Virus record (IMG/VR): IMGVR_UViG_2840842423_000001
Coordinates: 32,001-96,000 of that record
From: a virus
Taxonomy: Duplodnaviria; Caudoviricetes
Direction: 5' to 3' (one strand)
Length of the DNA stretch: 64,000 nucleotides
In this document: positions 1-9,313 of the stretch, in pieces
Numbering within the stretch: position 1 is the first letter of the stretch
Layout: every line of letters begins with the position of its first letter
Notes under the pieces: model-generated
What the model was told of the DNA's origin: nothing
Seen by the model: the letters and a program-made list of their open reading frames with translations, nothing else
Databases searched by the model: none
Program-made: the position numbers and the translations under genes

Positions 1-521
1 GCCGGATTCGACACTAAACATGACGCAAATAGAGCATTTCTACCATCATTGTAATGAATCTTGCGAATTCCATCATCAGTAATTTCTTCGTATCCTTGTA
101 CCAAGATTTCGCAACTGGTATTAAGATTGCTTTCAGAAAATAGTTCAACTATTGCCTCACAAACACGGCTGTAGCGTTTCATGACTCTGATTTGACCACA
201 TAGATATAAGGTGTCTCCATCTTCCTCTTGCCAAAAATCCACAAAACTACCAATTTGATCTGTTCCCAATTCTCCATCGGCAGTGAGATTGTGTGACAAC
301 TGTGTAAAATCCCCTTCTTCGAGTCTATCTCTATCTACTACAAAGGGGATTCCTATCAGTTTATCCTTGTTTTGCACATTTTTCTCTATGAAATCGGATG
401 TAAAAACAGCACCGTTTAAATTGGGTTTATTACTCAAAATTCTTATGTTTAAAGTCATATAGATGTCATTAGTGCTTTGCAAATCTAAAATCTTAGGCTT
501 TACAGAAATCTGTTCCTTCAA
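1..521 (-). CDS. YonD-like head morphogenesis / prohead protease-scaffold protein (5' part; runs off window)
   Basis: TTG start at 521 after RBS AAGGGTGGTGA; open frame MKEQISVKPK...PNLNGAVF...QIGSF...TSCEILV...FASCLVSNP to the window edge; position downstream of portal as SPbeta yonD. Confidence 0.6.
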   Translation of the reverse strand, partial: MKEQISVKPKILDLQSTNDIYMTLNIRILSNKPNLNGAVFTSDFIEKNVQNKDKLIGIPFVVDRDRLEEGDFTQLSHNLTADGELGTDQIGSFVDFWQEEDGDTLYLCGQIRVMKRYSRVCEAIVELFSESNLNTSCEILVQGYEEITDDGIRKIHYNDGRNALFASCLVSNP

Positions 522-552
522 ATTTTCTCACCACCCTTCAAAGTGTATAATA

Positions 553-705
553 TTATTTATTACCTTCTTCATACTTACACTGACCATCTTTACAATCACA
601 TGTCTGTTGAACAGCGCCCAATTCTAAAAATGAATCATTGCGTCTATTGAATACTTCAACTTGGTTCTTACATTTGTCTTTTAGGTTTGGTTGATAACCT
701 TTCAT
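553..705 (-). CDS. small Cys-containing hypothetical protein (50 aa)
   Basis: ATG at 705 after AAAGAGGTG RBS; shorter than the 94-aa track ORF. Confidence 0.5.
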   Translation of the reverse strand: MKGYQPNLKDKCKNQVEVFNRRNDSFLELGAVQQTCDCKDGQCKYEEGNK

Positions 706-718
706 ATATATCACCTCT

Positions 719-2290
719 TTATTTAGCGGCTCTCGGAGTATTATTATTATTGTCTGTTTTTGATTTCTCGGTGTTTTCGTTCGATGGTGGATTGCTATTT
801 GGGTTCTGTAAGTCTTTGCCACTGCTCGTATGTGCATTTAGCGGTGGAGTAAACCAAGTAGCTGTATCCAATGTTTCTTTTTCATATTTGGATTGATTAA
901 TCATTGCGTTTAGTGATCCACTTCCAAAAATCGCATTTAACCAAGGCTCAATCACTCCGGTTTGCTGATAAAATTCTTTAAATTTTTCAATTTCTGACTC
1001 TTTTTCCAAGATGGTCGTTCTATCCAAAACCAATTTACACCTTTGGTTTTTAGGTAATACCATCTTAATGTAATCATTTAACACAGTTTCAAATTGCTCT
1101 AAAATCGTAGTAATGTAGCTAAAGAATTTGCTATGGTTTACATTGGCAGAAGCGTAGTTACCTTCAAGACCTGCCAGTAAACTTGGACTTACACCTAAAT
1201 TTTGGTATATGTCATTATTCATTTTGCTGTACAACTCTTCCTTAAACAGTGTAGTATCCATTTTTACCGTGTCTAACTCTAAGAAATGAGGAAGAGCTAT
1301 TAGCCCGTTGCCTCCTTCATTTTTCTGGATTCTACCATCGTCTTTTTTAGTAATTATTTTGCTCACTTCTCGGAAATAAGCTTGCAATACTTCTTTTGGA
1401 ACAGGCTTAGTTTGCTCTTTGTCGATGTGACTCGCCTGTAAAACCAAAATTTGCTGGAGCAGCCTATTTGAAACTGATCTTTCGACCTTATTGATAACTT
1501 CTTTTTGTAAAATTGATTGCCACGCACCTAATGTTAGGGGAAGCCCAAAAGGTTGTCCCCTCCGCACTCCAATATTCAAAACGTGACAATTGCTAATTTC
1601 TACATATCTATCTTTCTCTTTATCATTGCTATTTCTGTATGCGTTGTAACTTTGTACCGTAACTTCATTAGGTAAAGAATTGATTTTTATCATTTTATCT
1701 TCCATGTTTCTAATAGAGTCTAATGTCTTAAAATCAAACTCAACTATCCATTTTCCATTCCTTTGTTCTCTAATCACGATGTCATCTAAATCTAAAAATT
1801 GTACGTACTGTCTATTCCGCAAGCAAGTAACTATAGTTCCTAACTCGGAAATTTCAAGCAGTCCATCTCTGAGCACCTGAACCACATCAATATCATCCAA
1901 AAAATCCTGAACTTTCTTCTCATGTTTCTTATTACGCTCTACGTCATCATAGTTAGACCAAATAAGATTATATTTCAATGTAGGCAAAGACTGCACCATA
2001 CGTAACACATCTTTCAATATTCCATGTCTATTAGTCAAATAGGTAGAAGCATTTCTAATTTGCTTAATGTGAGCTTGTGGATTCATCAGATACTTATACA
2101 AATCTGTAATCTTGATATCTGCTGAACTTGCATAACTGTTTCCAAATTGCGAAACATAATCTGATAAACCTGCTAATTCCATCCATGAATCAGAGTAGTC
2201 ATTGAATTCAGTAGATTGTGTTTCTGTATTGTTTTCTGTTTCTTTAGTAATAATAATTACCTCCTTTCGTTTAGTGTATATGTCTAACAT
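719..2290 (-). CDS. phage portal protein (SPbeta YonE-like)
   Basis: ~520 aa directly downstream of terminase; GxPxxL motif, 'LGVSPSLLAG..GNYASANVN' portal-like C-terminal segment; true start probably just after AAAGGAGGT RBS (~2255). Confidence 0.8.
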   Translation of the reverse strand: MLDIYTKRKEVIIITKETENNTETQSTEFNDYSDSWMELAGLSDYVSQFGNSYASSADIKITDLYKYLMNPQAHIKQIRNASTYLTNRHGILKDVLRMVQSLPTLKYNLIWSNYDDVERNKKHEKKVQDFLDDIDVVQVLRDGLLEISELGTIVTCLRNRQYVQFLDLDDIVIREQRNGKWIVEFDFKTLDSIRNMEDKMIKINSLPNEVTVQSYNAYRNSNDKEKDRYVEISNCHVLNIGVRRGQPFGLPLTLGAWQSILQKEVINKVERSVSNRLLQQILVLQASHIDKEQTKPVPKEVLQAYFREVSKIITKKDDGRIQKNEGGNGLIALPHFLELDTVKMDTTLFKEELYSKMNNDIYQNLGVSPSLLAGLEGNYASANVNHSKFFSYITTILEQFETVLNDYIKMVLPKNQRCKLVLDRTTILEKESEIEKFKEFYQQTGVIEPWLNAIFGSGSLNAMINQSKYEKETLDTATWFTPPLNAHTSSGKDLQNPNSNPPSNENTEKSKTDNNNNTPRAAK

Positions 2291-2333
2291 GTATTTAATA
2301 TAATATTGTTTAATTATTGAAGATGTATATAGA

Positions 2334-3575
2334 TCAGAACCCAGATTGCATGAAAAACATGTAGTCTGACATATCTTCTTGTTTTCCGCGCAACATTTCT
2401 CTCTCCAATTGATTAGCTATATAGTTAAAATACATCGTACTAGAGAATCTATCCTTCCTAGCTGATCTCTGTTCTTTAAGTTTAATCAACCCACTGTCAG
2501 AATTACGCTCACCTTCGAGATTGATCATTTCATTAATCAACAGTGTAGTTTGCGCATACGGTAATTCCATTTCTGCCTGCACTTCTGGTGGCAACTTATC
2601 AAACCCTTTAATCTTTCTTAAAAAATCTCTACCTTCATTATCTGGAACAAGCAATCTAACTTTTCCACGTTGTAGTCCATCCTTTAATGAAATAGCAGCT
2701 TCACTGTTTAGTTGAGCATTGCCTTTAATAGAGTAGATAACTTTTTCTGCATCTGAATATGTACAACGTATAGCCATTTTTTCATCATTTATACATGAAA
2801 TTGGCTCATATTCTGTTCCTCTTTCATCATCAAGCAATGGAACAACTAATTGATCATATACACCTAACCCTACGCCCATAGTATCCAACACAATATAGTC
2901 TATATCAAAGTCATCGTACATTTGTCTGATACGTACAGCTTGTGCTTGTGTATGTCCACCCTCTAAAGATTCCATATAAGATATTTCTCGTGTATAACCG
3001 TTGGCTGTTGGAATTAGTCTTGCCACAGTAAAAATACTAGCATCATTACGGTTTCCTGCCATTGCAGCAATGTCACAGCTTAATATTCTAATTTCATCTT
3101 TCTTTTTGGTATCAGGTTTGAACTTTTTATCTCTAAGCAAATCATATGTATTAGGTGGGTAGAGTGGTCTTGGTATTTTTCTGTTCCTGTGTAACTCTTC
3201 AAAATTGTAGTATGCTTTTTCAGATTCACCATAGAATAGGCACTCCATTTCTATTGAAAATTCAATCCTATTAAAATCGCTTTCAGCCATTTCATCTTCT
3301 ATTTGGTTTCTATCTAAAAGATTCTCTTTGATAGCTAATTGGTAGGGGAGACCACAAACAAAATATTTTCTACCTTCCATCATGGAGTCAAAATAGGCTT
3401 GCATACGTTTGTAAGACCAATGGAACTTGTACCATGCAGAGCTTAGATATAACTCTTGGTTACGTTCAATAAGGTGGGCGTATTCTGGTTTCTTTAAGTA
3501 ACCCGGGTTTCTTGGAGCCGACAAAAATTTACGTAAAACGCTGGAAATGACACTTATGTCAACCATCCTAAATTC
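2334..3575 (-). CDS. terminase large subunit, exon 3 (rest of ATPase and RNase H-like nuclease domain)
   Basis: Begins EFRMVD completing Walker B; LSSAW coupling motif, SCDIA, NDAS, KDRFSS nuclease motifs; SPbeta YonF-like. Confidence 0.9.
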   Translation of the reverse strand, partial: EFRMVDISVISSVLRKFLSAPRNPGYLKKPEYAHLIERNQELYLSSAWYKFHWSYKRMQAYFDSMMEGRKYFVCGLPYQLAIKENLLDRNQIEDEMAESDFNRIEFSIEMECLFYGESEKAYYNFEELHRNRKIPRPLYPPNTYDLLRDKKFKPDTKKKDEIRILSCDIAAMAGNRNDASIFTVARLIPTANGYTREISYMESLEGGHTQAQAVRIRQMYDDFDIDYIVLDTMGVGLGVYDQLVVPLLDDERGTEYEPISCINDEKMAIRCTYSDAEKVIYSIKGNAQLNSEAAISLKDGLQRGKVRLLVPDNEGRDFLRKIKGFDKLPPEVQAEMELPYAQTTLLINEMINLEGERNSDSGLIKLKEQRSARKDRFSSTMYFNYIANQLEREMLRGKQEDMSDYMFFMQSGF

Positions 3576-3849
3576 CGTTTTTAGTCATATAGAGGCGCTA
3601 ATCTCTATACAGTTCGCTTATGAACTTCTACATGTTTCCATATAGTCTAGACTATCTCATCATCCACATAGAGGGATGCTTCCTGTTTCCACTGTCAAAA
3701 GCTTACAGTGTACGCCTTCCGGCTAGTCGTTGAACCTTCTCCTTTAAGGAGCTTGGCTGCTGATTGTCCTCAACATTACTTGTTAGGAGTTCCCAGCAAT
3801 TTAAGAAGTTTTCGCTATTGCATCACTGTCAATAGGGGACTAATTATTA
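3576..3849 (-). ncRNA. group I intron (274 nt, no ORF) in terL Walker B
   Basis: Exon ends GAU with P1 GGAU/GUCC; core AAUUGCUGGGAACUCCU, AAUCAGCAGCCAAG, UUCAACGACUAG, GAGAUAGUCUA; ends AAAACG; splicing gives in-frame ILIVD|EFRMVD. Confidence 0.92.
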
Positions 3850-4131
3850 ATCCACAATTAGGATGTTTGCTCTCTTTCCTCGCGCACCATCGTTCGCTGC
3901 TACAGTTTTAATCCAACTACCATTATGGAATAAAACTTGCGGATCTTTTGAGCCTGTGTTTATATCACTTATTTCTCTTTTTAATCCCGGAGAGTCATGT
4001 CTAATTTCCTCTATCTTTTCAATTACTTCTCTGGATTGGCTACGCAAGCCAGCAGCTATGACTATCTTCGAATTCGGCTTAAGAACCGAAACTACGCAAC
4101 AGTAAATAGCTGTCAAAAAGGTTTTTCCCTG
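3850..4131 (-). CDS. terminase large subunit, exon 2
   Basis: [11 protein letters not shown]...FHNGSWI...[12 protein letters not shown]: second half of Walker A through first half of Walker B. Confidence 0.9.
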
Positions 4132-4507
4132 CAATTTCGTGTTTATATTAAGTCGCCAGTCTTAATACAGATTTTAATCTCTTATGCTTTCACACAAGAA
4201 CAGACTATTTCTTCATCCTCAGCATTATCTGTTAGGAGCAACCCGCTTCCACCACCAGTGGCTTGTGATGTACTTCCTTTCGGAATAGTCGTTGAACGTT
4301 TCTCTATTCGAGACTTCGCTGCATGAACATCCATTGTCTCAACAATTAGGATTTTGTCCGTATGTTATCCCTTTACTTTTTTCTGCTTTCGCTCCTTCAC
4401 GTCTAGGTTTCTTTCATCCTTCCGTTGTGGCAAAAGGGCTTTAGGAGTTGCCTGCAATTCAAGTTGTGCTCTGTGCATGTTTCCATACACACGGGGCAGA
4501 ATTAGTT
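4132..4507 (-). ncRNA. group I intron (~376 nt, no ORF) in terL Walker A
   Basis: P1 GGGGU/GCCCC; core AAUUGCAGGCAACUCCUAAAG, AUGCAGCGAAG, UUCAACGACUAU, GAAAUAGUCUG, P9 with GAAA loop; terminal G at 4132 before CAG GGA AAA ACC. Confidence 0.9.
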
Positions 4508-4784
4508 ACCCCCTCGACGCAAAATACATAAAATAGTTATTAAACATCATCATCATAATCAATATCTGTTGGAACATTTTCAGTTTAATTCCAAAATAGT
4601 CCTCAACAAATCGATGTGGATTGGCTCTATAGAAACTCGTCCACACTCCCACACCTTCCATTAACCGTTCTGACTTTGTTAAATTGTCATTATGTTTGTT
4701 AACATTTCTTCCAGCTTTAAATATGTTGTTACCTTTGTGGCGTTTGTTTCTCTCGGTTTGAAAAGGAACTTGGTTGCTACTCAT
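4508..4784 (-). CDS. terminase large subunit, exon 1
   Basis: [23 protein letters not shown]...FASRG; adenine-binding Q and first half of Walker A; overlaps the stop of the upstream gene. Confidence 0.88.
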
Positions 4785-5689
4785 TTATCATCACCATCAT
4801 AACTAGGTGGTGTCACAGTATATTTACTAGTTTCTTTATCATAGTCATCTTTAGTGTCATTCTCATGACCCAACATTCTACTCAAATGCCCTTTAAAGAA
4901 CACGTCTATATATTTCTTAATCTTATTAACATCTTTCCATTCTGGATCTGGCTCCGGAATTGGTCGCTCATCTTCAAATTTTTTAATCAATGTGCCAAAT
5001 GTAGCTTGATCCGTTGCGTTTGCACCAGTCTCTTGCATTGGCTTAATATTTGCAGATGTGAATATATCTTGTAGTGTTTTCAAATCCTTATCTACAGCTA
5101 CACCTTTTTCTCGATTCTGTTTAATTGTTAATCGTTGATGTGCAGCTTCTTGGAATAGTACTTCCATAGTATAAGAATCAGCTTCATACGCATTAAGAAA
5201 TGTTTCATACTCTGTCTGCAAAAATTCATATTCTTCCAATGAAAATCCTCTACCCCAGAACTGGATTAATTGTCCCATCTCTTCTTCGGTAAAACCAATT
5301 TCGTCATGATTATAATCTGAAACCTTCTTAATTAACTCATCGCTATCTTCACCAAATTCGGAATCAACATAAGTTCTGCCTATGTTTTGTTTCATTCCTA
5401 ACAACCGCATATACTCACCAGTCAAATTCTTCTTCTCTGACTTCTTAGCAGATGAATACATTTCATGTAAGTATGGTCTATCTATAGCTCTCAAAGCTTC
5501 AATGAGAGAAGACTTGTTTTCAAAATCAACTATATCCCAAAAGCATTGCTTGCAAATAGACAGTCTTTGATCTGCGTTCAGTAGTGTATTTGCAGTCATA
5601 TAGAAATCTATTGTTGTTTTCTTTTCTATTAAACATTTGCTACAAACTTTGGATTTTGGCAATTTGAGTTCCTTCGTATCTTTAGTCAA
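4781..5689 (-). CDS. YonG-like protein (candidate terminase small subunit), N-terminal CxxC...CxxC
   Basis: Immediately upstream of terL; '[22 protein letters not shown]' C-terminal segment typical of this family; TTG start at 5689 after AAGGAG. Confidence 0.65.
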   Translation of the reverse strand: MTKDTKELKLPKSKVCSKCLIEKKTTIDFYMTANTLLNADQRLSICKQCFWDIVDFENKSSLIEALRAIDRPYLHEMYSSAKKSEKKNLTGEYMRLLGMKQNIGRTYVDSEFGEDSDELIKKVSDYNHDEIGFTEEEMGQLIQFWGRGFSLEEYEFLQTEYETFLNAYEADSYTMEVLFQEAAHQRLTIKQNREKGVAVDKDLKTLQDIFTSANIKPMQETGANATDQATFGTLIKKFEDERPIPEPDPEWKDVNKIKKYIDVFFKGHLSRMLGHENDTKDDYDKETSKYTVTPPSYDGDDK

Positions 5690-5987
5690 ATTATAAAACT
5701 CCTTTCTATTCAAATTTAAACTAAAATAAGATTCTTAATCGCCCACCCGAAATATTCAGATGGACTCAAAGAATCTTATGATTCAAGTCAAACATAATAT
5801 TATTTACATATTAGATACTGCCCACATCTTTGCTTTAGGGGAATAGCATCCATAATATTATTTTTTCACATTACAACTATGCAGTTGTAATATGCCGTTA
5901 TGTCGGAGCACTAAGTATCTGCTTTAGCGCTAACTTTAAACCTCACACTAAATGGTGGTGAAACACCAGTCCATCCAATCATAAAAC

Positions 5988-6425
5988 TTACTCTGTCTCA
6001 GTCTCTGCCTCTTTTTTCTTAGCGTCTTTCTCATCGCTCAAAGCACTATACAGATACTCAAATGCATAACTTTCTCGACCATTCCATTCAACCTCTGACT
6101 CTTCTAATGATTGTTTAATTGACTTCAAAATCACTTGAGAATCTCCACTATCAATAACAATTTTTTCTTTTGTAAATTCTCCCATTGTCTTAAGATATTC
6201 TTCTTTATCCTTACATTTTTTATCTTCTATAATGGGGTTGCCATCCTCATCTAGTTCATAATATTCTTTTTGAATCTCTTTTTGCTCTTCAACTATGCGA
6301 GTTAACTTCTCACTCAATTCTTTAGCTAATCGTGTACGATGAATAGATTTCAAACCCTTTAAAGATAATTTATCTAACACATTAATACAATTTGCTACTT
6401 GTACATACTCAATTTTTAATTTCAT
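5988..6425 (-). CDS. DUF1617-like phage protein
   Basis: 145 aa, 'LSLKGLKSIHRTRL' pattern; RBS AAAGGGAG. Confidence 0.5.
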   Translation of the reverse strand: MKLKIEYVQVANCINVLDKLSLKGLKSIHRTRLAKELSEKLTRIVEEQKEIQKEYYELDEDGNPIIEDKKCKDKEEYLKTMGEFTKEKIVIDSGDSQVILKSIKQSLEESEVEWNGRESYAFEYLYSALSDEKDAKKKEAETETE

Positions 6426-6512
6426 TTATAACATTCTCCCTTTTCTTCTTAGTAACATATATTATTATTTAATTATAAACGTTCCATTCCAATTAAACAC
6501 AAGTTTTATAGA

Positions 6513-6836
6513 TTAAGCTCCACCTGATCCATCTATCAACGCTTTCAACTCATCAATAGCAGCTTGAATATCTGTAGCAGTTAATCCACTAGTTGTATTA
6601 TCGTATGAATTCGTAATAAAACCACTATCATTACTCAAATCATTAGTGCTGCTTGGAATAGTAGGCTTGCTAGTTAAATCTCCATATGCGTGTGTATGGC
6701 TGGTGTCTGCATAGCTGCCCACAGGTTGATATGTGTCATCATGATTATGATCCGCTGAAGCATATTCATTATGACTGTGACTTACATTAGCCTTGCCATC
6801 TAAATCTGATTGTTTTGCAATTTGTATATCTGCCAA
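6513..6836 (-). CDS. small virion-associated protein with HxH repeats (fibre/decoration-like)
   Basis: KANVSHSH, ADHNH, TSHTH motifs and 'LTATDIQAAIDELK'. Confidence 0.5.
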   Translation of the reverse strand: MADIQIAKQSDLDGKANVSHSHNEYASADHNHDDTYQPVGSYADTSHTHAYGDLTSKPTIPSSTNDLSNDSGFITNSYDNTTSGLTATDIQAAIDELKALIDGSGGA

Positions 6837-7052
6837 TTAATTCACCGCCTTTACAAAAACATTTCCGCTTGAATCACTGTACATGTAAGCATTCTTATTT
6901 TCTTGGGAATAAAATACATTTCCATTTGCGTCAATATGAATAGGATCAACTGGTGTAAATACAATATTTCCATTGCTATCTATTGCTACATCTTCGTTTC
7001 CACTTGAACCGTCTGAGCTAGCACTACCTAAAAAATATCCTCGACCTAGCAT
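6837..7052 (-). CDS. hypothetical protein with DxNGN repeats
   Basis: ATG overlapping upstream stop (TAATG); DSNGNI / DANGNV / DSSGNV repeats. Confidence 0.5.
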   Translation of the reverse strand: MLGRGYFLGSASSDGSSGNEDVAIDSNGNIVFTPVDPIHIDANGNVFYSQENKNAYMYSDSSGNVFVKAVN

Positions 7053-7312
7053 TAACTTCCACCAACCCAAAAGTATTCTATTCCATCCTCAAGAAATTTA
7101 AAAGAACTAATCATTGCATCGTTTTGTTCTGTAGAGAATCCCATTCCACCTTTTAAAAAGATGGGGTTGCTTCCATTGATACTTACTGTACAATCTGTTG
7201 AATTGGACACTGAAAATTTGTATATATTGACCTTATTGGGAATTATTTCCTCATTCGCTACACTAGTCTGAATTGAATCAGAACCATGGAACTGTGAGCC
7301 AAATTGTCTCAT
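7052..7312 (-). CDS. hypothetical beta-rich protein
   Basis: 86 aa, RBS AGGAGGATGAGG. Confidence 0.55.
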   Translation of the reverse strand: MRQFGSQFHGSDSIQTSVANEEIIPNKVNIYKFSVSNSTDCTVSINGSNPIFLKGGMGFSTEQNDAMISSFKFLEDGIEYFWVGGS

Positions 7313-7376
7313 TCTACCTCATCCTCCTTTAGCTATTAAGAGGATGAATATTAGACAATTACATCCTCATGTTTTA

Positions 7377-7976
7377 CTACAAAATCTCGTCCACAATTCC
7401 ATATTCTTTTGCTTGTTGAGCCGTCATCCACCACTCACGATCTGACATGGAATCATATTTTTCTTCTGTGATGTTTGTGTTGTCTACAACAAATCGTTTC
7501 ACTTGGTCGTCTTTTGCCTCCTGAAATCTAATGGTATCTTTTACTTTATTTGAACTTCCTTGTAAAAATGTAGAACCATCATGCAAGAGTATATTAGAGT
7601 GCTCATATGCAAATGTCTTATGAAATGCAATAGCCAATAGCCCACCCATACTTGCTGACAAACCTAGTAGATATCCGTGTACAGGGATCTTAGATTTCTG
7701 TATAACTTCAGCTAGAACCATACCTCCGTACAAATCTCCGCCCGGGCTATTTAAATAAATATTTATAGGTTGATTCTTTGGAATTTCTGCGTCTTCCTTA
7801 TTCCATTTCAAGATTTGCATGATTGCTCGCTCAACCAGTGAGTCATCTACTTGCTGATTGATAATAATTTCACGATTCTTTAAATGGTCAAAGAATACAT
7901 ACTCTTCAAATGAGCCAGTTTCATCTAACATAGCTATATAATCTTTACTGTACATTTCTTTACTCATCAACATCAC
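7377..7976 (-). CDS. clpP: ClpP-family serine protease
   Basis: YLNSPGG, catalytic Ser in SASMG, His in LLHDG, DREWWMTAQQAKEYGIVD. Confidence 0.9.
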   Translation of the reverse strand: MMLMSKEMYSKDYIAMLDETGSFEEYVFFDHLKNREIIINQQVDDSLVERAIMQILKWNKEDAEIPKNQPINIYLNSPGGDLYGGMVLAEVIQKSKIPVHGYLLGLSASMGGLLAIAFHKTFAYEHSNILLHDGSTFLQGSSNKVKDTIRFQEAKDDQVKRFVVDNTNITEEKYDSMSDREWWMTAQQAKEYGIVDEIL

Positions 7977-8058
7977 CGTTCCTTATTATAATATTTAATA
8001 GAACGGCATCGGACAACAATCAAGTTGTCATACCAGTTTGTTCCAATCAAACCCAACC

Positions 8059-8298
8059 CTAATTCAGAAACTCATCTTCACTAGGAGTCTGAGTTAACAC
8101 CTGTGTCTTAAACTCAATGTCATCTACCAATGCTGCTCTATAACCTTCTTGGTGAGCATCTTCATAAAGTCCTCGTAATATGTGACGCACTTCATCCTTA
8201 GAATCACTCTTTAATGCAATTTCTAGATGACTTTCTATAGTATGGCAAGTTTCACAATCACATTGTTCTTCCTCTTGAAACTTGAAAATATTACTCAT
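8059..8298 (-). CDS. hypothetical protein (CxCxxC)
   Basis: 79 aa with AAAGGAG RBS. Confidence 0.55.
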   Translation of the reverse strand: MSNIFKFQEEEQCDCETCHTIESHLEIALKSDSKDEVRHILRGLYEDAHQEGYRAALVDDIEFKTQVLTQTPSEDEFLN

Positions 8299-8334
8299 TT
8301 GAAAACTCCTTTTGGTTTGGTTGTGTGGTATTGT

Positions 8335-9231
8335 TTAGCTATTATCATTGATATTAAACACATCTTCATTTACTAACTCTTCATAATCCTCTTTATACAT
8401 CCACTTAAATCCTTTATACATTTCCAATATACCAGTACAACACTGTCGAATTAACTGTCTAGTATAACCACTCTCTTGCGCTTGTTTCATAGAACTGTAT
8501 TCAACGATCAACTCCAACTCGCTAGAAAGTTGTACAACTCCTTGAGTTTTTTGATTGTTCTTCGTTCTATCTTTTATTAATTCATTAATGTTAATATCAG
8601 TATCGAACTTGTCTTTGTATAAAAATATACTTCCACCACATGTTCTATATTTACCTTTTAAACATTTCACAATGTTTGTAGCCAGTAAATCGTTCTCTCT
8701 GGCACAATGATTTATATTCTTCCAGTGAATAATAGTTTTATTCTTTATAGCTATTTGGGTAATGGGAATTTCTTGTGATTCATTGTATTCAACTATCATA
8801 TGATAATTCTTAGGTACTTTGCCCTTTAGAGAGTTACTTATATTCTGTTTATGTGATTCAGGAAGCTTCCTCCCTAATTGTATTGCTGAAATCTTCTGTC
8901 TAGACTCTTCGGTATGTTTTAATCCTAAACTCCCGTCCCCACCGAGAGTCATGTTGTAACCAAACTCTTTAATATTTGACTTATATTCATTTATGTAGTA
9001 CATCTCTCGCTCATTTACTATGTCTTCCGAACACTCTTCTAAGATTTCAAATGTAAAGTATTTTTCTCCGTACTTATTCCACGATCTTTGCAAATGTTTG
9101 TTCGGATGATAATCTTTTAGTAATGACGATCGATGCTCGCGTAACCTTTTATTAAGATGTACAGATTTACCGATATAAACTTTTCCGTTAACTGTGTTCG
9201 TTATTTTATATATGCCAGTCTGTTGAGACGT
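8335..9231 (-). CDS. free-standing GIY-YIG homing endonuclease with NUMOD3/NUMOD1-type modules; ACG in place of start codon
   Basis: Frame extends upstream of track ORF: TGIYKITNTVNGKVYIGKS...RLREH; GYNMTLGG, HTEESRQKIS, ATNIVKCLKGK, GFKWMY; RBS GGAGG 8 nt before ACG at 9231. Confidence 0.85.
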   Translation of the reverse strand, partial: TSQQTGIYKITNTVNGKVYIGKSVHLNKRLREHRSSLLKDYHPNKHLQRSWNKYGEKYFTFEILEECSEDIVNEREMYYINEYKSNIKEFGYNMTLGGDGSLGLKHTEESRQKISAIQLGRKLPESHKQNISNSLKGKVPKNYHMIVEYNESQEIPITQIAIKNKTIIHWKNINHCARENDLLATNIVKCLKGKYRTCGGSIFLYKDKFDTDININELIKDRTKNNQKTQGVVQLSSELELIVEYSSMKQAQESGYTRQLIRQCCTGILEMYKGFKWMYKEDYEELVNEDVFNINDNS

Positions 9232-9313
9232 TTGATTTCCCTCCGCTCATATAAATAGAGGGTAGTGGGCACTTAACCCCACAATGCGTCACCCGATATT
9301 ATTATAATATTGT

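Noticed and set aside
687-5570. Plus-strand track ORFs over portal, terminase and introns (e.g. 3708, 3863, 3997, 4354)
   Set aside because: Antisense shadows of real genes or intron cores; no RBS or motifs.
7377-7976. ClpP as the prohead protease
   Set aside because: It is not adjacent to portal/capsid, and the YonD-like gene occupies that slot; role left open.
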